Source: Paraspadella gotoi
Taxonomy: Eukaryota; Animalia; Chaetognatha
NCBI GenBank assembly: GCA_051294375.1
Contig: CM119263.1
Location: 5,392,823 to 5,456,822, forward strand
DNA: 64,000 nt
Reading direction: 5' to 3'
Below are positions 1 to 12,780 of the stretch, piece after piece. The notes beneath the pieces are model-generated. The model did not search any database, was not told where the DNA came from, and saw nothing but the letters and a program-made list of their open reading frames with translations. The translations under genes and the position numbers were made by a program. Position 1 is the stretch's first letter; the number at the start of each line of letters is the position of its first letter.

Positions 1-344
1 CGACGACGACGACGACGACGACGGAAAGGAAAAGAAAATTACGATCGTTTTGTTCCTTTTTCGGGTCAGACTCCTCCCCTCCTCCTCCTCCTCCTCTTCC
101 CTCCATCTCTCCCTCTCCCCCCCTCTCTCCCTCTCCTACTTTTCGCCAAAAAAATAAGGTTCGTTCATTTTCTGTGAATGGAAAGAAAAATATCGGGTCA
201 GACCGAACGGATGAATGGACGGACGGACGGACGTACCGGACGGACGGACAGGATGGAGCCAAAGAAAGAGAGATTCTGTCAGATCGAGGCTGCGATTACG
301 ACGTCGGCGATAAAATAACAAAACGCAGTTGTTTCCGACAACAA

Positions 345-601
345 NNNNNNNNNNNNNNNNNNNNNNNNNNNNNNNNNNNNNNNNNNNNNNNNNNNNNNNN
401 NNNNNNNNNNNNNNNNNNNNNNNNNNNNNNNNNNNNNNNNNNNNNNNNNNNNNNNNNNNNNNNNNNNNNNNNNNNNNNNNNNNNNNNNNNNNNNNNNNNN
501 NNNNNNNNNNNNNNNNNNNNNNNNNNNNNNNNNNNNNNNNNNNNNNNNNNNNNNNNNNNNNNNNNNNNNNNNNNNNNNNNNNNNNNNNNNNNNNNNNNNN
601 N
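345..601. other. Assembly gap; others at 1513-1537, 7899-7923, 27160-27373, 28044-28587, 32735-32744, 62725-62734
   Basis: Runs of N, mostly abutting microsatellites. Confidence 0.99.
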
Positions 602-1659
602 AAAGGGTGGGAAAATAATAAAGGAAGGAAGAAGGCGAACTGGGAAATAAGAAGCTTAAGAGGAAAAGGAGAACGAGTAATAAAAGGGAAAAAAGAAAAA
701 AATTGTAAAAAAAGAAAGAAAGAAAGAAAAAAGTAATAAAAAGTAAAATAAGAAAGAAAATGAAGATAAAGAGGAGAAAGGGGGAAAGGGGAGAAAAATC
801 GAAAGATAAAAAAAGAAATAAAAAAAAACCGAAAATAAGAAAGAAATTCAGAAACTGAAGGAAAAAGAGAAAAAACTCAAGGAAAATGGGAGGGAAAGAA
901 AAGAGTCTTAACGTCAGGAACAGTCACTGTTTTCTCTGTGTTTTTTTTTCTGTTTTTTTTCCTCGATTTTCCTCCGAATGTCGAGACCAAAATGTAAATA
1001 ACGAAAAAAAAAGAAAAAAGAAATTCTTGTGGTTTTACGACTTTCGTCAAATACGATTTCTTATTTAAATTAACGAAATTAGCATATCCGAGAGATTTAT
1101 TATTTCGATGCCACGGGATTTAGATTTGAAGAGGCTTGAGATTTATCCAGGGATTTATATTAGAGAGAACTGAATTTACGAAAAACAAAACAAAAAGTTT
1201 ATATATTTTTTAAATTTCCCAAAATCAGAGATGAATGATAGTTTAACAATTCCATTTTCAATCAGTTGCTTCTTGTCAACTAATCGTGTCGCCTTTCAAC
1301 ATTTTAGTTTCTCAGTTAAATGAATCGCTTTAATTTCTTTCTCTTTGTCTTTCGTGAATCACAAGTGATTTTCATACACGATTTTCATTTCGCAATAAAA
1401 TCACCAGATTCACAACTGATTCCTTTTTTGTTCACCTCAGATATGAAAAATTGAGATGAGTCAAGAGATAAGACCCCCCGGTTCGATGCTCTCTCTCTCT
1501 CTCTCTCTCTCTNNNNNNNNNNNNNNNNNNNNNNNNNCTTGCTTTTTCAGCAGAGTCGCCCCCGAGCCTCTTAACTAATTCACTTTGTCGCTCCGGTCGG
1601 TTTTTAGTCGGGTCCATTTCATCTTATTATCATGGTTCAGAATATCAAATTATGATTAA

Positions 1660-2547
1660 GATTATGCAAAAAAAATCTATATGCGTCCGATTCCGTTCAT
1701 CCGTCTTGTCCCACCCGGAGCAAAAAAACTCCCATTACTCGTTTATTGCATGGATGAAGTGGAATGAAAGTGTTGGTGTTGTGGGTTAGGAAAGTGTGTA
1801 ATTGAGCTGCATTATGAGGTTTCAATAGGAATCATCCAAGTGGAACATGAGTTTAAATGGAAAAACAAAAAATATAATTTCACTATTTAAAACAACTAAA
1901 TTTACTCATGAGGTGGAGGGCGGCAATTGACTTTGAAATTTTGTATGTGGCTAGCAAAGTTGTGTGTTTGAAGCTGGAATATCAAGTTTTGATGCGATAT
2001 CGTTTGAGTGGAAGATGATGTTTTAAAATGGAAAAAAAAAACCAAGAGCCGCATGCGCTAAACAAAAAACCTGTTTCACTATTTAATTAAGTTTATTGTT
2101 TAATTTATATTAATAAAATATGAAAGACGTTTGTATAATTTTCTAATTTGATCAAAATAATTAATCAGTTAAAATTAATCAATTTAGTTAACTTATTATA
2201 GATCAATAATTAATTAATCAATTAGTCCAATATTAATTATTCAATTAATCAACATTATTTATTAATTAATTACATTAATTTATCAATTAATGAAACAAGA
2301 AGTTTCAATCAATCAATCAATTAAGTCAAATCAGTGCCAATTTGTTCATCGGCATGTTATTGGTTGTCATCGCCGATCATCGGTCGTTGTTGCTTGTTTG
2401 TCGGGTGGGTCAGTGGGACAAGAGAAGACCTAAAAACAATCATTTCGGGAGCAAACATAATAATTTTAATTAGTTTAATTAATGTTACCGTGCTAATAAT
2501 GATACTGTGGGCAGTCATCGCCGAATCATTGTTTTGGCTCAAACTTG
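1660..2547 (+). mobile_element. Dispersed non-autonomous repeat, Helentron/DINE-1 (HINE)-like, copy 1
   Basis: Colinear with the reverse complement of 63373-64000 (e.g. tccaagtggaa..atgagtttaaatggaaaaa, cctgtttcacta, gtgggcag...gctcaaacttg). GTCC-like microsatellite near the 5' end, internal tandem duplication, AT-rich block, and a 3' hairpin followed by a T run. Confidence 0.6.
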
Positions 2548-3169
2548 TTTTCTTTCCTTCTTTTCTGGTTCATTTTTTCTTGGCCCTGACATTTCTTGGA
2601 GATACTTTTGGTCATTTCTTGCTTTTTTCTTCTGTTTCTTCGGGCATTCTTGCTTGGTCGTCGGGTATCTTTGAATTCTTTTCTTTCTTTCCTACCCGCT
2701 TTCTCTATCCCTTCCCTTTCTTCTCTTATCTCCTCTCCTTACTCCCCTGCCCCGTCTATCTTATTCTCTATGCTCCTCTCTCCCTCATCTGTTCTCTTCC
2801 TTATATTAAAGTCTCCTCCTCTCTCTGTCCTTCCTTTCTTCTCTGTTCTCCTCTCTCTCTTTCTTTTCTTCCTCTCTTCTCTCTCAACTTTCTCTGCTTT
2901 TCTCATCTCCCTCCTTTCTCTCTCTCTCATCACTTCGCTTTATTTCCTCTTCTCTCCCCAAAGCCAAAGAATTTTATTATAAACTAAGGCATTGGATTTT
3001 CGTCCGATAGAAAAAGGCATGCGTCGCCGTCCGTTTAACCTCTGCGAAATAAAACATTTATACGACGTCTGTCGACCCCACTTCATTTCGCGTCCTACTA
3101 CGAAAAATGCAAAAACCGCTCCGTCACCGGCTCCTCCGTCCGCAGTCCACTTCAGGTCTTACAGAGGTA

Positions 3170-3710
3170 TGTCCCAATGCCCCGCCCGATGCATAATCCC
3201 ACTTTCTTCTTTTCGCCCTTCTGCCCATTCTAAAGACATTTGACCTCACTCTCCCACTTCTAGACTCCCCGCTAAGATCGTCCTATTCGCTCGCTAGTTC
3301 TCCGCCCTCCCCACCCCGTCTTTGCCGATTTCTACGAAATCCCAATGCTCTGCCTCTTCTCCGCCGCCTTCGCCATGTTCTAGAGAGCAATCCAATGTGC
3401 CTCTCCACTTTTCTCTCGCCCTGTTTGCCCTTTCTAAAGGCAATCTCCTATAAAATGCGTCTTCCATTTCTTTGCCTTTTGCCATTTCTGAAGAATTCCC
3501 AATGTCCTCTGATTCTCTCCTGCGGCTCCTATCGCCATTTCTAGCAGCTAGACGATCCCTCACAACTTGTCCTCTATTTCTCTGCCCTTTGCGTCATTTC
3601 TCTAAGAATCTCTATAGATTGCCCTTCCCTTCTCCGCCCTTTTGCCATTTTTTTAGAAGTCCAACGCCTTCCCTTTGCTCCGCCCTTTAACCATTTCTTA
3701 GAAATCCTTG
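3170..3710. repeat. Degenerate ~45-55-bp minisatellite (ctttgccatttctagaaatccaatgccttc..ctccgcc)
   Basis: Recurring gccatttct/agaaatcc/caatg/ctccgcc blocks at regular spacing, with many indels. Confidence 0.55.
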
Positions 3711-4659
3711 CTTTCAAGCACCTACGCGACTCAATTCCGTTACCTCCCTCATCTTCTTTCCCCCTCGAAACGCTTGTGTTGCAGAACTCATCTCTCATCT
3801 TTGTCATTCTGCGCTCTCCCTGATAACGGTCGAGATTGCTAGATCTATACATGTGATCATAGTGGACAGCTACCGACAATCTCATAGATTGTTGGCTATC
3901 TCATAGCGTAATAACAAGTATTATGTATTTGTCAATAACAGCAACTAATTTCTTTGCTATATGAACAATATACAGAGAATATTCCGCCAGATAAAGACCC
4001 ATGTGTGAGTGTGTGTGTGTGTGATAATATTTACTTATAAATAATTTTTTTGTCTCTTACATAACTTCTTAAAAGGATAACAGTCTTTTTTTTTAACAAT
4101 CTCTGTAACGAAAGACAGTTTCGTCGCTTACCAATACTTAAGAAAAGTTTATTCATAATTTATAAGAGAAATACCACGCTCATAGCAAGGGTTCAGAAAC
4201 TTGGCTATCGCCTCAGGATCTTAGCGGAAAACACAATTTGGGATTTGGTACAGAGATGAGGTTTTATGGCGTGAGGTCTCTTTTGGCCCTATAACATTTA
4301 CTTTAAATATCTTGGGTATGTAAACTTATCCACGTTCAGCGCGCCAATTAAGATACCTCAGACTTACCTCTGATCTTCCCTTACTCCCCTTCTTTCTCTT
4401 TCGTTCCTCTCTTTCTTAATTTTTTGTCATATCTTAATCTGTTTTGTACATCAAAACACAACAAAAAACATACTTTTTTAAAACACACATAACCAAATAA
4501 ATCATTTACCCACTAACATCATTTCGAAGATACAGAAAACTTCACATTTCTCTCGCGCACTTAATTACCGAATGTTCGTGTCCTATGACACAAATGTCGC
4601 TTAACTATATCCTTTTGACCATATACTCTGCTCTCCTCTCTCTCTCTCTCGCTCTGCCT

Positions 4660-4716
<57 letters not shown>

Positions 4717-6219
4717 TCTCTCTCCCTCCTCTCTTCTTGCCTCCCACCTTTAATGGTTCGAAGATAGATGCCCTTCTTTTACCTCTATCTCTTCACTATC
4801 CTTTCCGGCGAAAGATTTGTTCACTCCCTCAGAACCATTAAACTAAGACGGTCTGTTTCGCTCCTTCTCTTCATGTCCCGTCTTCCCTCGCCTGCTCTCC
4901 TTGCTGCGTCTCCTTCTCCTCCCTCCGGCTCATGCAAACGCTCCCACTACGATGGCGTCCTGCTGCTCGGTTATCCGACATATACGCGGCGCCGCTCTTG
5001 CCCTGGCATACGATGCGTGCTCGTCGACGAGGCCATCGCCTCGTCCTCGTTCAGATCGTCGCCGGCTTCCTGTCCTTAAGCTCCCTTCCGCTTACCGTCT
5101 TGCCCCTCTGCAGTCTCTTATGCGACTGGACGTCGCGCCGGTGCGTCTCACTGAAGATCAGACGGCGCGGCGCCGGCCGCCCCGCCGAGCAGCCCGGCCC
5201 GCGAATCAAGACTTGCTTCAGCGGCCCCTATTCACAGCCCCGGTCAGCGCCACGTCCTGTACCCACCGCGCTCTGTCCAGCTCGCGCCCCACCTCCGCAC
5301 CGCAATCCCGGCGCCGTCGTCACCCCCCCCTACTCTCTCTCTTCTCCTCTCCTCTCTCTCTCTCTCCGTCTTGGCGGCGGCAAAAGCAGACAAAATTCTT
5401 TCCTCTCGGGCCGCGACCCGCCCCCTCTCTCGACCGCTTTTTTCCGTGCTCTCTCTTTGGTAAGCCCGCGACATACACTGCGCCCACCTGCGCAACCCCG
5501 AGTCACCCAACCACGGCCTACTATGGCCGTGACCACCGGCCAGCGGAAACATGCAGCGGTCGCAAAAAAACGTGCCGCGAGACGCAATCCCCTGTGAGAC
5601 GACAGACACCCTACCGCGCTCCCGCGATCCTGCGCACCTTTGACCCGCGCACCGGACGGCGCACGAGGCATCCAGTCAGACCAGGAGACGCGCGAGAAAC
5701 CTCGCCAGACCGAACCAAATGACCGACGAAGACGAACCACGCACCATACGCCATCGAGAGACCGGACCCGGCCACGCCCCGACGCACATCATATACCGGC
5801 GACTACCCAAGCCCCCCGACACCGCACAACCCCATCACGACGGTACTCACGCAAGAGAGACAACGCCGACTCGGCTAGACCTTGTGCGTTCGTGTTCCCA
5901 CACCCAGATTAAAAGTCCAAACAGGCCGAAGGAACGAGCGTCCCGCTCTCCTCCCGATCATCCTATAACACGAACATCAACATTCCGTCTGAAAAGAGAC
6001 TGCATATGAGCAGGGAGAGGATAGAAGAAAAGGGAGAGCAGCAGAAGAGAGAGAGAGAGAGACGACGGAGAGAGAGCACGAGAGACGAGAGAGCAGCAGA
6101 GAGAGACAGTGAGAGTGATAAAATGAAATGAAACGGAAAATGAAAAGATTTGAAGAACTTTTGTTGTCGTCACTTTTCTTGAGTTGTTGTTGTGATTGTC
6201 CGGATCTCAAATTCACTCA

Positions 6220-8376
6220 ATGCGATTTCGAGGTCCTGATTACTTTCAACCGCGTGACAGGCCCAGGCGACTCCGCCAGCCAGGCGGCCCAGACAGGCGC
6301 CTGACACAGAATGATAGTACGCCGCTGGACCGTTTCTTTTACGGGTGATGTCTCAATAATTTCCAAACATTTTTGCGAAGTAAGTCACTTCAGTGATTAA
6401 GTGAATTCGACGATCTGAAGATTGGAGAATCTAATTGTTAGGGTTGTCTTCATCGTCGTCGCAGTCGTCGTCATCGTCTTCGACTACAACGTCATCACCG
6501 TCGTCGTTGTCGTCGTCGTTGTCGTCGTCGTTGTCGTTTTCTTTAATGCTTCTTTATTGCTTGGTCGTTGTCATTGTCATCTTCATCATCGTCGTCGTCG
6601 TTTCTTCCGATGAGGAAAGATTAATTCAATCATCGTTCATCTAAGACAATGAGGTAGTCGTCGTCATCGTCGTCGTAGTCAACCGTCGTCACGTCGTCTC
6701 ATCGTCGTCGCTCAACGTTCCTGTCGTTCATCGTCGCATCGTCGTCATTACGTCGTCTCATCTCATCCGTCGTCTCGTCTCGTCGTCACGTCGTCTTCAT
6801 CGCTCGCGTCTTCAAACGTCGTCTTCATCGTCGTCGTCAACGTCGTCTTCATCGTCGTTCGTCAACGTCGTCATCATGGTCCGTCGTCGTCTCTCACGTC
6901 GTCTTCATCGTCTCGTCACACGTCTCGTCTTCATCGTTCGTCGTCAACGTCGTCTTCATCGTCGTCGTCAACGTCGTCTTCATCGTCTCGTCGCGCAACT
7001 GTCGTCTTCCATCGCTCCGTCCGTCACCACGTCGTCTTCATCGTCCATCGTCCACACGTCGTCTTCATCGTCGTCGTTAACGTCGTCCTCATCGTCGTGT
7101 CAACGCGTCGTCTTCATCGCTCGTCGTTCAACCCGTCGCGTCTGGTCGTCATCGTCGCTCCGTCCCAACGTCGTCTTCACTCGTCTCGTCCGTCTATCAT
7201 CGTCGTCATCATCGTCTCATCGTCGTCACGTCGTCTTCATCGTCGTCTCATCTCTCATCGTCGTCGTCATTCAAGTCGTCTCATTGTCGTCGTCAACGTC
7301 GTCTCATGTCATCGTCGTCGTTCAACGTCGTCTTCATCGTCGTCGTCAACGTTCGTCTTCATCATCGTCGTCATCGTCTTCATCGTCGTCGTCAACGTCG
7401 TCTTCATCGTCGTCGTCAACGTCGTCTTCGTTAGCTTGTCTGTCATCGTCGTCTAACGTTTCGTCTTCATCGTCGTAAGTCAACGTCGTCTTCATCGTCG
7501 TCGTCTAACGTCGTCTTCACTCGTCGTCGGTCACGTCGCCTTCACACCTCGATCGTCGTCAACGTCGTCTTCATCGTCGTCGATCAACGTGCGCTCTTCA
7601 TCGTCGTACGTGTCTGTCATCACGCGTCGTCGTTCATCGTCTCCAGTCGTCGTCTCGTCAAACGTCGTCTTTCATCGTCGTCGTCAACGTCGTCTCATCC
7701 GTCGTCGCTCCAACCGTCTCTGTCTCCTCGTTCGGCTCCGTCTAACGTCCGTCTTCATCGTCCGTCCGTCAACCCCGTCGTTCACTCGTCGTCGTTAACC
7801 GTCGTCCTTCTCATCGTCGTCGTCGTCAACGTCGTCTTCATCGTCGTCGTCAACGCTCGTTCTCATCGTCGTCGTCACGTCGTCTCATCGTCGTCGTCNN
7901 NNNNNNNNNNNNNNNNNNNNNNNATGCGAATTTCGAGGTCCTGATTACTTCCAACCGCGTGACAGGCCCAGCGACTCCGCCAGCCAAGCGGCCCAGACAG
8001 GCGCCTGACACAGAATGATAGTTCGACGCTGGACCGTTTCTTTTACGGGTGATGTCTCAATAATTCCAAACATTTTTGCGAAGTAAGTCACTTCAGTGAT
8101 TAAGTGAATTCGACGATCTGAAGATTGGAGAATCTAATTGTTAGGGTTGTCTTCATCGTCGTCGCAGTCGTCGTCATCGTCTTCGACTACAACGTCATCA
8201 CCGTCGTCGTTGTCGTCGTCGTTGTCGTCGTCGTTGTCGTTTTCTTTAATGCTTCTTTATTGCTTGGTCGTTGTCATTGTCATCTTCATCATCGTCGTCG
8301 TCGTTTCTTCGATGAGGAAAGATTAATTCAATCATCGTTCATCTAAGGACAATGAGGTAGTCGTCGTCATCGTCGT
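6220..8376 (+). repeat. Direct duplication of a ~450-bp unique block (6220-~6670 and 7924-~8376)
   Basis: Near-identical sequence from atgcga..gaggtcctgattact to aatgaggtagtcgtcgtcatc. Copy 2 starts immediately after the N gap 7899-7923. Confidence 0.9.
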
Positions 8377-11230
8377 ATGTCAACGTCGTCTTCATCGTCG
8401 TCCGTCAACGTCGTCTTCATCGTCGTCGTCAACGTCGTCTTCATCGTCGTCGTCAACGTCGTCTCACGTCGTCGTCATCCGTCGCTCTCGTCGTCGTCAA
8501 CGTCGTCTTCATCGTCGTCGTCAACGTCGTCTTCATCGTCGTTCGTCAACGTCGTCTCATCGTCGTCGTCAACTCGTTTCATCGTCGTCGTCACGTCGTC
8601 TTCATCGTCGTCGTCAACGTCGTCTTCATCGTCGTCGTCAACGTCGTCTTCATCGTCGTCGTCAATCGTCGTCTGTCATCGTCGTCGTCAATCGTCGTCT
8701 GTCAATCGTCGTCGTTAACGTCGTCGTCATCGTCGTGTCAACGTCGTCTTCATCGTCGTCCGTCAACCGTCGTTCGTCACTCGTCGTCCGTCAACGTCGT
8801 CTTCAGTCGTCGTCTCGTTAATCGTCGTCCTCACCGTCGTCGTCGTCTACGTCGTCTTCTACGTCGTCGTCCAAGGTCGTCTCATCGTCGTCGTCAACGT
8901 CGTCTTCATCGTCGTCGTCAACGTCGTCTTCATCGTCGTCGTCAACGTCGTCTTCATCGTCGTCGTCTCATCGTCGTAGGCAACGTCGTCTTCATCGTCG
9001 TCGTCAACGTCGTCTTCATTGTCGTCCGTTAACGTCGTCTTCATCGTCGTAGTCAACTGTCGTCTTCATCGTCGTCGTAACGTCGTCTTCATCGTCCGTC
9101 GTCAACGCGTCTTCATCGTCGTCGTCAACGTCGTCTCTTCGTCGTCGTCAAACGTCGTCGTCATCGTCGTCGTTCACCGTCGTCTCAGTCGCGTCGTCAA
9201 CGTCGTCTTCATCGTCCGTCGTCAACGTCGTCTTCATCGTCGTCGTCCAACGTCGTCTTCATCGTCGTCGTTAACGTGCGTCTTCATCGTGCGTAGTCAT
9301 CGTCGTCTTCACTCGTCGTCGTTAACCGTCGTCTTCATCGTCGTCGTCAACGTCGTCTTCATCGTCGTCGTCAACGTCGTCTGTCATCGTCGTCGTCAAC
9401 GTCGTCTTCATCGTCGTCGTCAACGTCGTCTTCACGTCGTCGTCAACGTCGTCTGTCATCGTCGTCGTCAACGTCGTCTCATCGTCGTCGTCACACGCTC
9501 ATCGTCTCTCATCGGTCGTCTTACCATCGTCGTGTCATCGTCGTATCAGGTCTCGTCGTCGTCAACGTCGTCGTCATCGTCGTCGTCACTGTCGTCTTCA
9601 TCGTCGTCGTCAACGTCGTCTTCATCGTCGTCGTCAACGTCGTTCTTCATCGTCGTCGTCACGTCGTCTTCATCGTCGTCGTCAACGTCGTCTTCATCGT
9701 CGTCGTCAACGTCGTCTCAATCGTCGTCGTCAACGGTCGCTCAATCGTCGTCGTCACGTCAGTCTTCATCGTCGTCGTCACGTCGTCTCATCGTCGTCGT
9801 CACGTCGTCTTCATCGTGTCGTCAATGTCGGTCTTCATCGGTCGTCAGTTAACGCGTCTTCATCGTCGTAGTCAACGTCGCTCTTCATCGTCGTCGTTAA
9901 CGTCGTCTTCATCGTCGTCGTCAACGTCGTCTGTCATCGTCGTCGTCAACGTCGTCTTCATCGTCGTCGTCAACGTCGTCTTCATCGTCGTCGTCAACGT
10001 CGTCTTCATCGTCGTCGTCAACGTCGTCTTCATCGTCGTCGTCAACGTCGTCTTCATCGTCGTCGTCACGTCTCTCATCGTCGTCGTCAACGTCGTCTCA
10101 ACGTCGTCTCATCGTCGTCGTTCAACGTCGTCTTCATCGTCGTCGTCAACGTCGTCTCATCGTCGTCTCATCGTCTCATGTCGTCGAACGGTCGTCTTCA
10201 TCGTCGTCGTACGTCGTCTTCATCGTCGTCGTCACTCGTCTTCACGTCGTCGTCAACGTCGTCTTTCATCGTCGTCGTCAACGTCGTCTTCTTCGTCGTC
10301 GTCAACGTCGTCTTCATCGTCGTCGTCAACGTCGTCTTCATCGTCGTCGTCAACGTCGTCTTCATCGTCGTCGTCAACGTCGTCTCATCGTCGTCGTCAA
10401 CGTCGTCTTCATCGTCGTCACGTCAACGTCTTATTCATCGTCGTCAGTCAACGTCGTCTTCATCGTCGTCGTACGTCGTCTTCATCGTCGTCGTCAACGT
10501 CGTCTTCATCGTCGTACGTCAACGTCGTCTTATCGTCTGTCAACGTCGTCTTCATCGTCGTCATTAACGTCGTCTTCATGTCGTCGTGCAACGTCGTCTT
10601 CATCGTCGTCGTAACGTCGTCTCATCGTCGTCGTCAACGTCGTCTTCATCGTCGTCGTCAACGTCGTCTTCATCGTCGTCGTCACGTCGTCTTCATCGTC
10701 GTCGTCAACGTCGTCTCATGTCGTCAGTCAACGTCGTCTCATCGTCGTCGTCAACGTCGTCTTCATCGTCGTCGTCAACGTCGTCTCATCTCGTCGTCAC
10801 GTCGTCTTCATCGTCGTCGTCAACGTCGTTCTTCATCGTCGTCGGTCAACGGTCGTCTTCATCGTCGTCGTACGTCGTCACCGGTCGTCAACGTCGTCTT
10901 TCATCGTCGATCGTCAACGTCGTCTTCTATCGATCGTCGTCAACGTGCGGTCTCATCGGTGGTCGTCATCCGTTCGTCTTTAACGTCGTCTTCATCGTCG
11001 TCGTCAACGTCGTTTCATCGTCGTCGTCAACGTCGTCTCATCGTCGTCGTCACGTCGTTCATCGTCGTCGTCAACGTCGTCTTCATCGTCGTCGTCAACG
11101 TCGTCTCATCGTCGTCGTCACGTCGTCTTCATCGTCGTCGTCAACGTCGTCTTCATCGTCGTCGTCTCATCGTCGTCGTTAACGTCGTTCTTCATCGTCG
11201 TCGTCAACGTCGTCGTCATCGTCGTCGTCA
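6660..11230. repeat. 24-bp satellite (GTCAACGTCGTCTTCATCGTCGTC)n, interrupted by an N gap and a duplicated unique block
   Basis: Well over a hundred head-to-tail units with frequent indels. Explains the SSSSSSST, RRRQRRLH, VVVNVVFI and TTTMKTTL ORFs. Confidence 0.95.
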
Positions 11231-11295
11231 CCTCTGTGGCGTCCTCAATCCGTCACGGTCTTCGGAGTGACGTTTCACGTGAATCACGTGAAGAA

Positions 11296-11354
<59 letters not shown>

Positions 11355-12559
11355 AGAGGACTCGTTAAAAAGTTCTACAATCAGGGTAAATAATAATAAA
11401 AAATAATAATATTCTCCAAAATAAATATAAAAAAAATTCATACATTAATATTGAATATTGTTATGAAATTACAGATATTTTTATGGAACAAAAATATTTT
11501 TTTTCTTAAATTCAGTTATATTTTTTAAAATAATTTTAAGCTATATTTTTTGATATAATATATTATAATACTGTTTATTTTATTTAAATAGGTAAAATAA
11601 ACAGTTTTAAATTCCCTGATCGTATTCCCTGCTTCTCCGTCTCATTTCTTCTTCATCTCGCGACCAAAAAATTGAATTATTTTCTCTCATTTCGATTTTC
11701 ATTTATTTTTTTTCTTCTGCTTCTTTTACATTAATACATTTTAAATTTAAACTTATTGTAATAATCCTTTCTTTTTTTGTTGTTTGAATTATTTAAAATT
11801 CGTTGCAAACTAAAACTTTGTCAATCTCTAAATTTAAACTAATAAATACCACTTAATTTTTTATTTCATTCGGTATTTATGGAGGTGGTCGGTGGAGTTG
11901 TGGGGTGGTGGGGTGGCGAGAGAGGTGTTGGGGTGCGTAGGTGGGTGGTGGAGTGGTGGGTTGGCCAGAAAAAAAACGACACAAAAAGAAAAAGAAAAAA
12001 ATGAGATAAAATCGGGAGAAATTGGAATTTGGGAACAAAACAGAAAAAATAACCAACGGAAAAAGAGTTAAGGTCGATTGAAAAAGTGACCAAGGGAAAA
12101 AAATGGAGAAAAAACCTAATAACTTGAATTATAAAGGATAACAACAACGAGTAATACAGTGAATAGAAAAAAAATAGGATGAAAGAAAAAGAGAGAGAGA
12201 GAGAGACAGAGAGAGAGCACGAATGTCACCTTCCTCTCCCTGTAGCTGCGATTCTGCGATTCACATTTCTGATTTTAGGAGAGACAGAGAGAAAGACAGA
12301 GAAACAGAGAGAGAGAAAAAAGAGAAAAGAGAGAGAGAGAGTAAGAGAGAGAGAGACGCATCTGCTTCGCTTATGCGCAACTTCAGTTTTTTTCGCATTT
12401 ATTTTTTTTTTTCAGCTTAAAACTTTTTTTTTATTAAACAGAATTCAATTCAACTTTTTTATTTCTGCTTCACAATTCTTGCAAACAACGTAACTTCTCT
12501 TTCAACCATTTCATCTTCCCTTCCTCTCATTTCCTGTTTCTCTACTCTCACTCCATTAT

Positions 12560-12780
12560 CCCTTCCCTTCTGCTCCTCTATCCCTTGCTCCAGTCTCCCT
12601 TGCCTCTTCCTCTAACCCAAGAATATCATTCCTTCCACCCCACTCCATTCCCCAGCTCTAGTATCCCTTCCCCTCCACTTCTCCGTCCCAGGCTCCAGTA
12701 TCCCTTATCTTCCGCTCCTCTATCCCCAGCTCTAGTATCCATTCCCCTCCGCTCCACGATCTCCAGCTCCAGTTTCTCTG
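12560..12780. repeat. ~37-bp pyrimidine-rich minisatellite (ccccagctctagtatcccttcccctcc..)
   Basis: About 5 diverged units visible. Confidence 0.6.

Noticed and set aside
4768-6009. GC-rich overlapping ORFs up to 273 aa
   Set aside because: No recognisable domain, open in several frames on both strands, and flanked by corrupted CT/GA tracts. Resembles low-quality long-read gap fill.
6660-11230. CRISPR-like array or long Ser/Arg/Val-rich proteins
   Set aside because: Head-to-tail satellite with no unique spacers, no cas genes and a eukaryotic context. The ORFs are repeat translations broken by indels.
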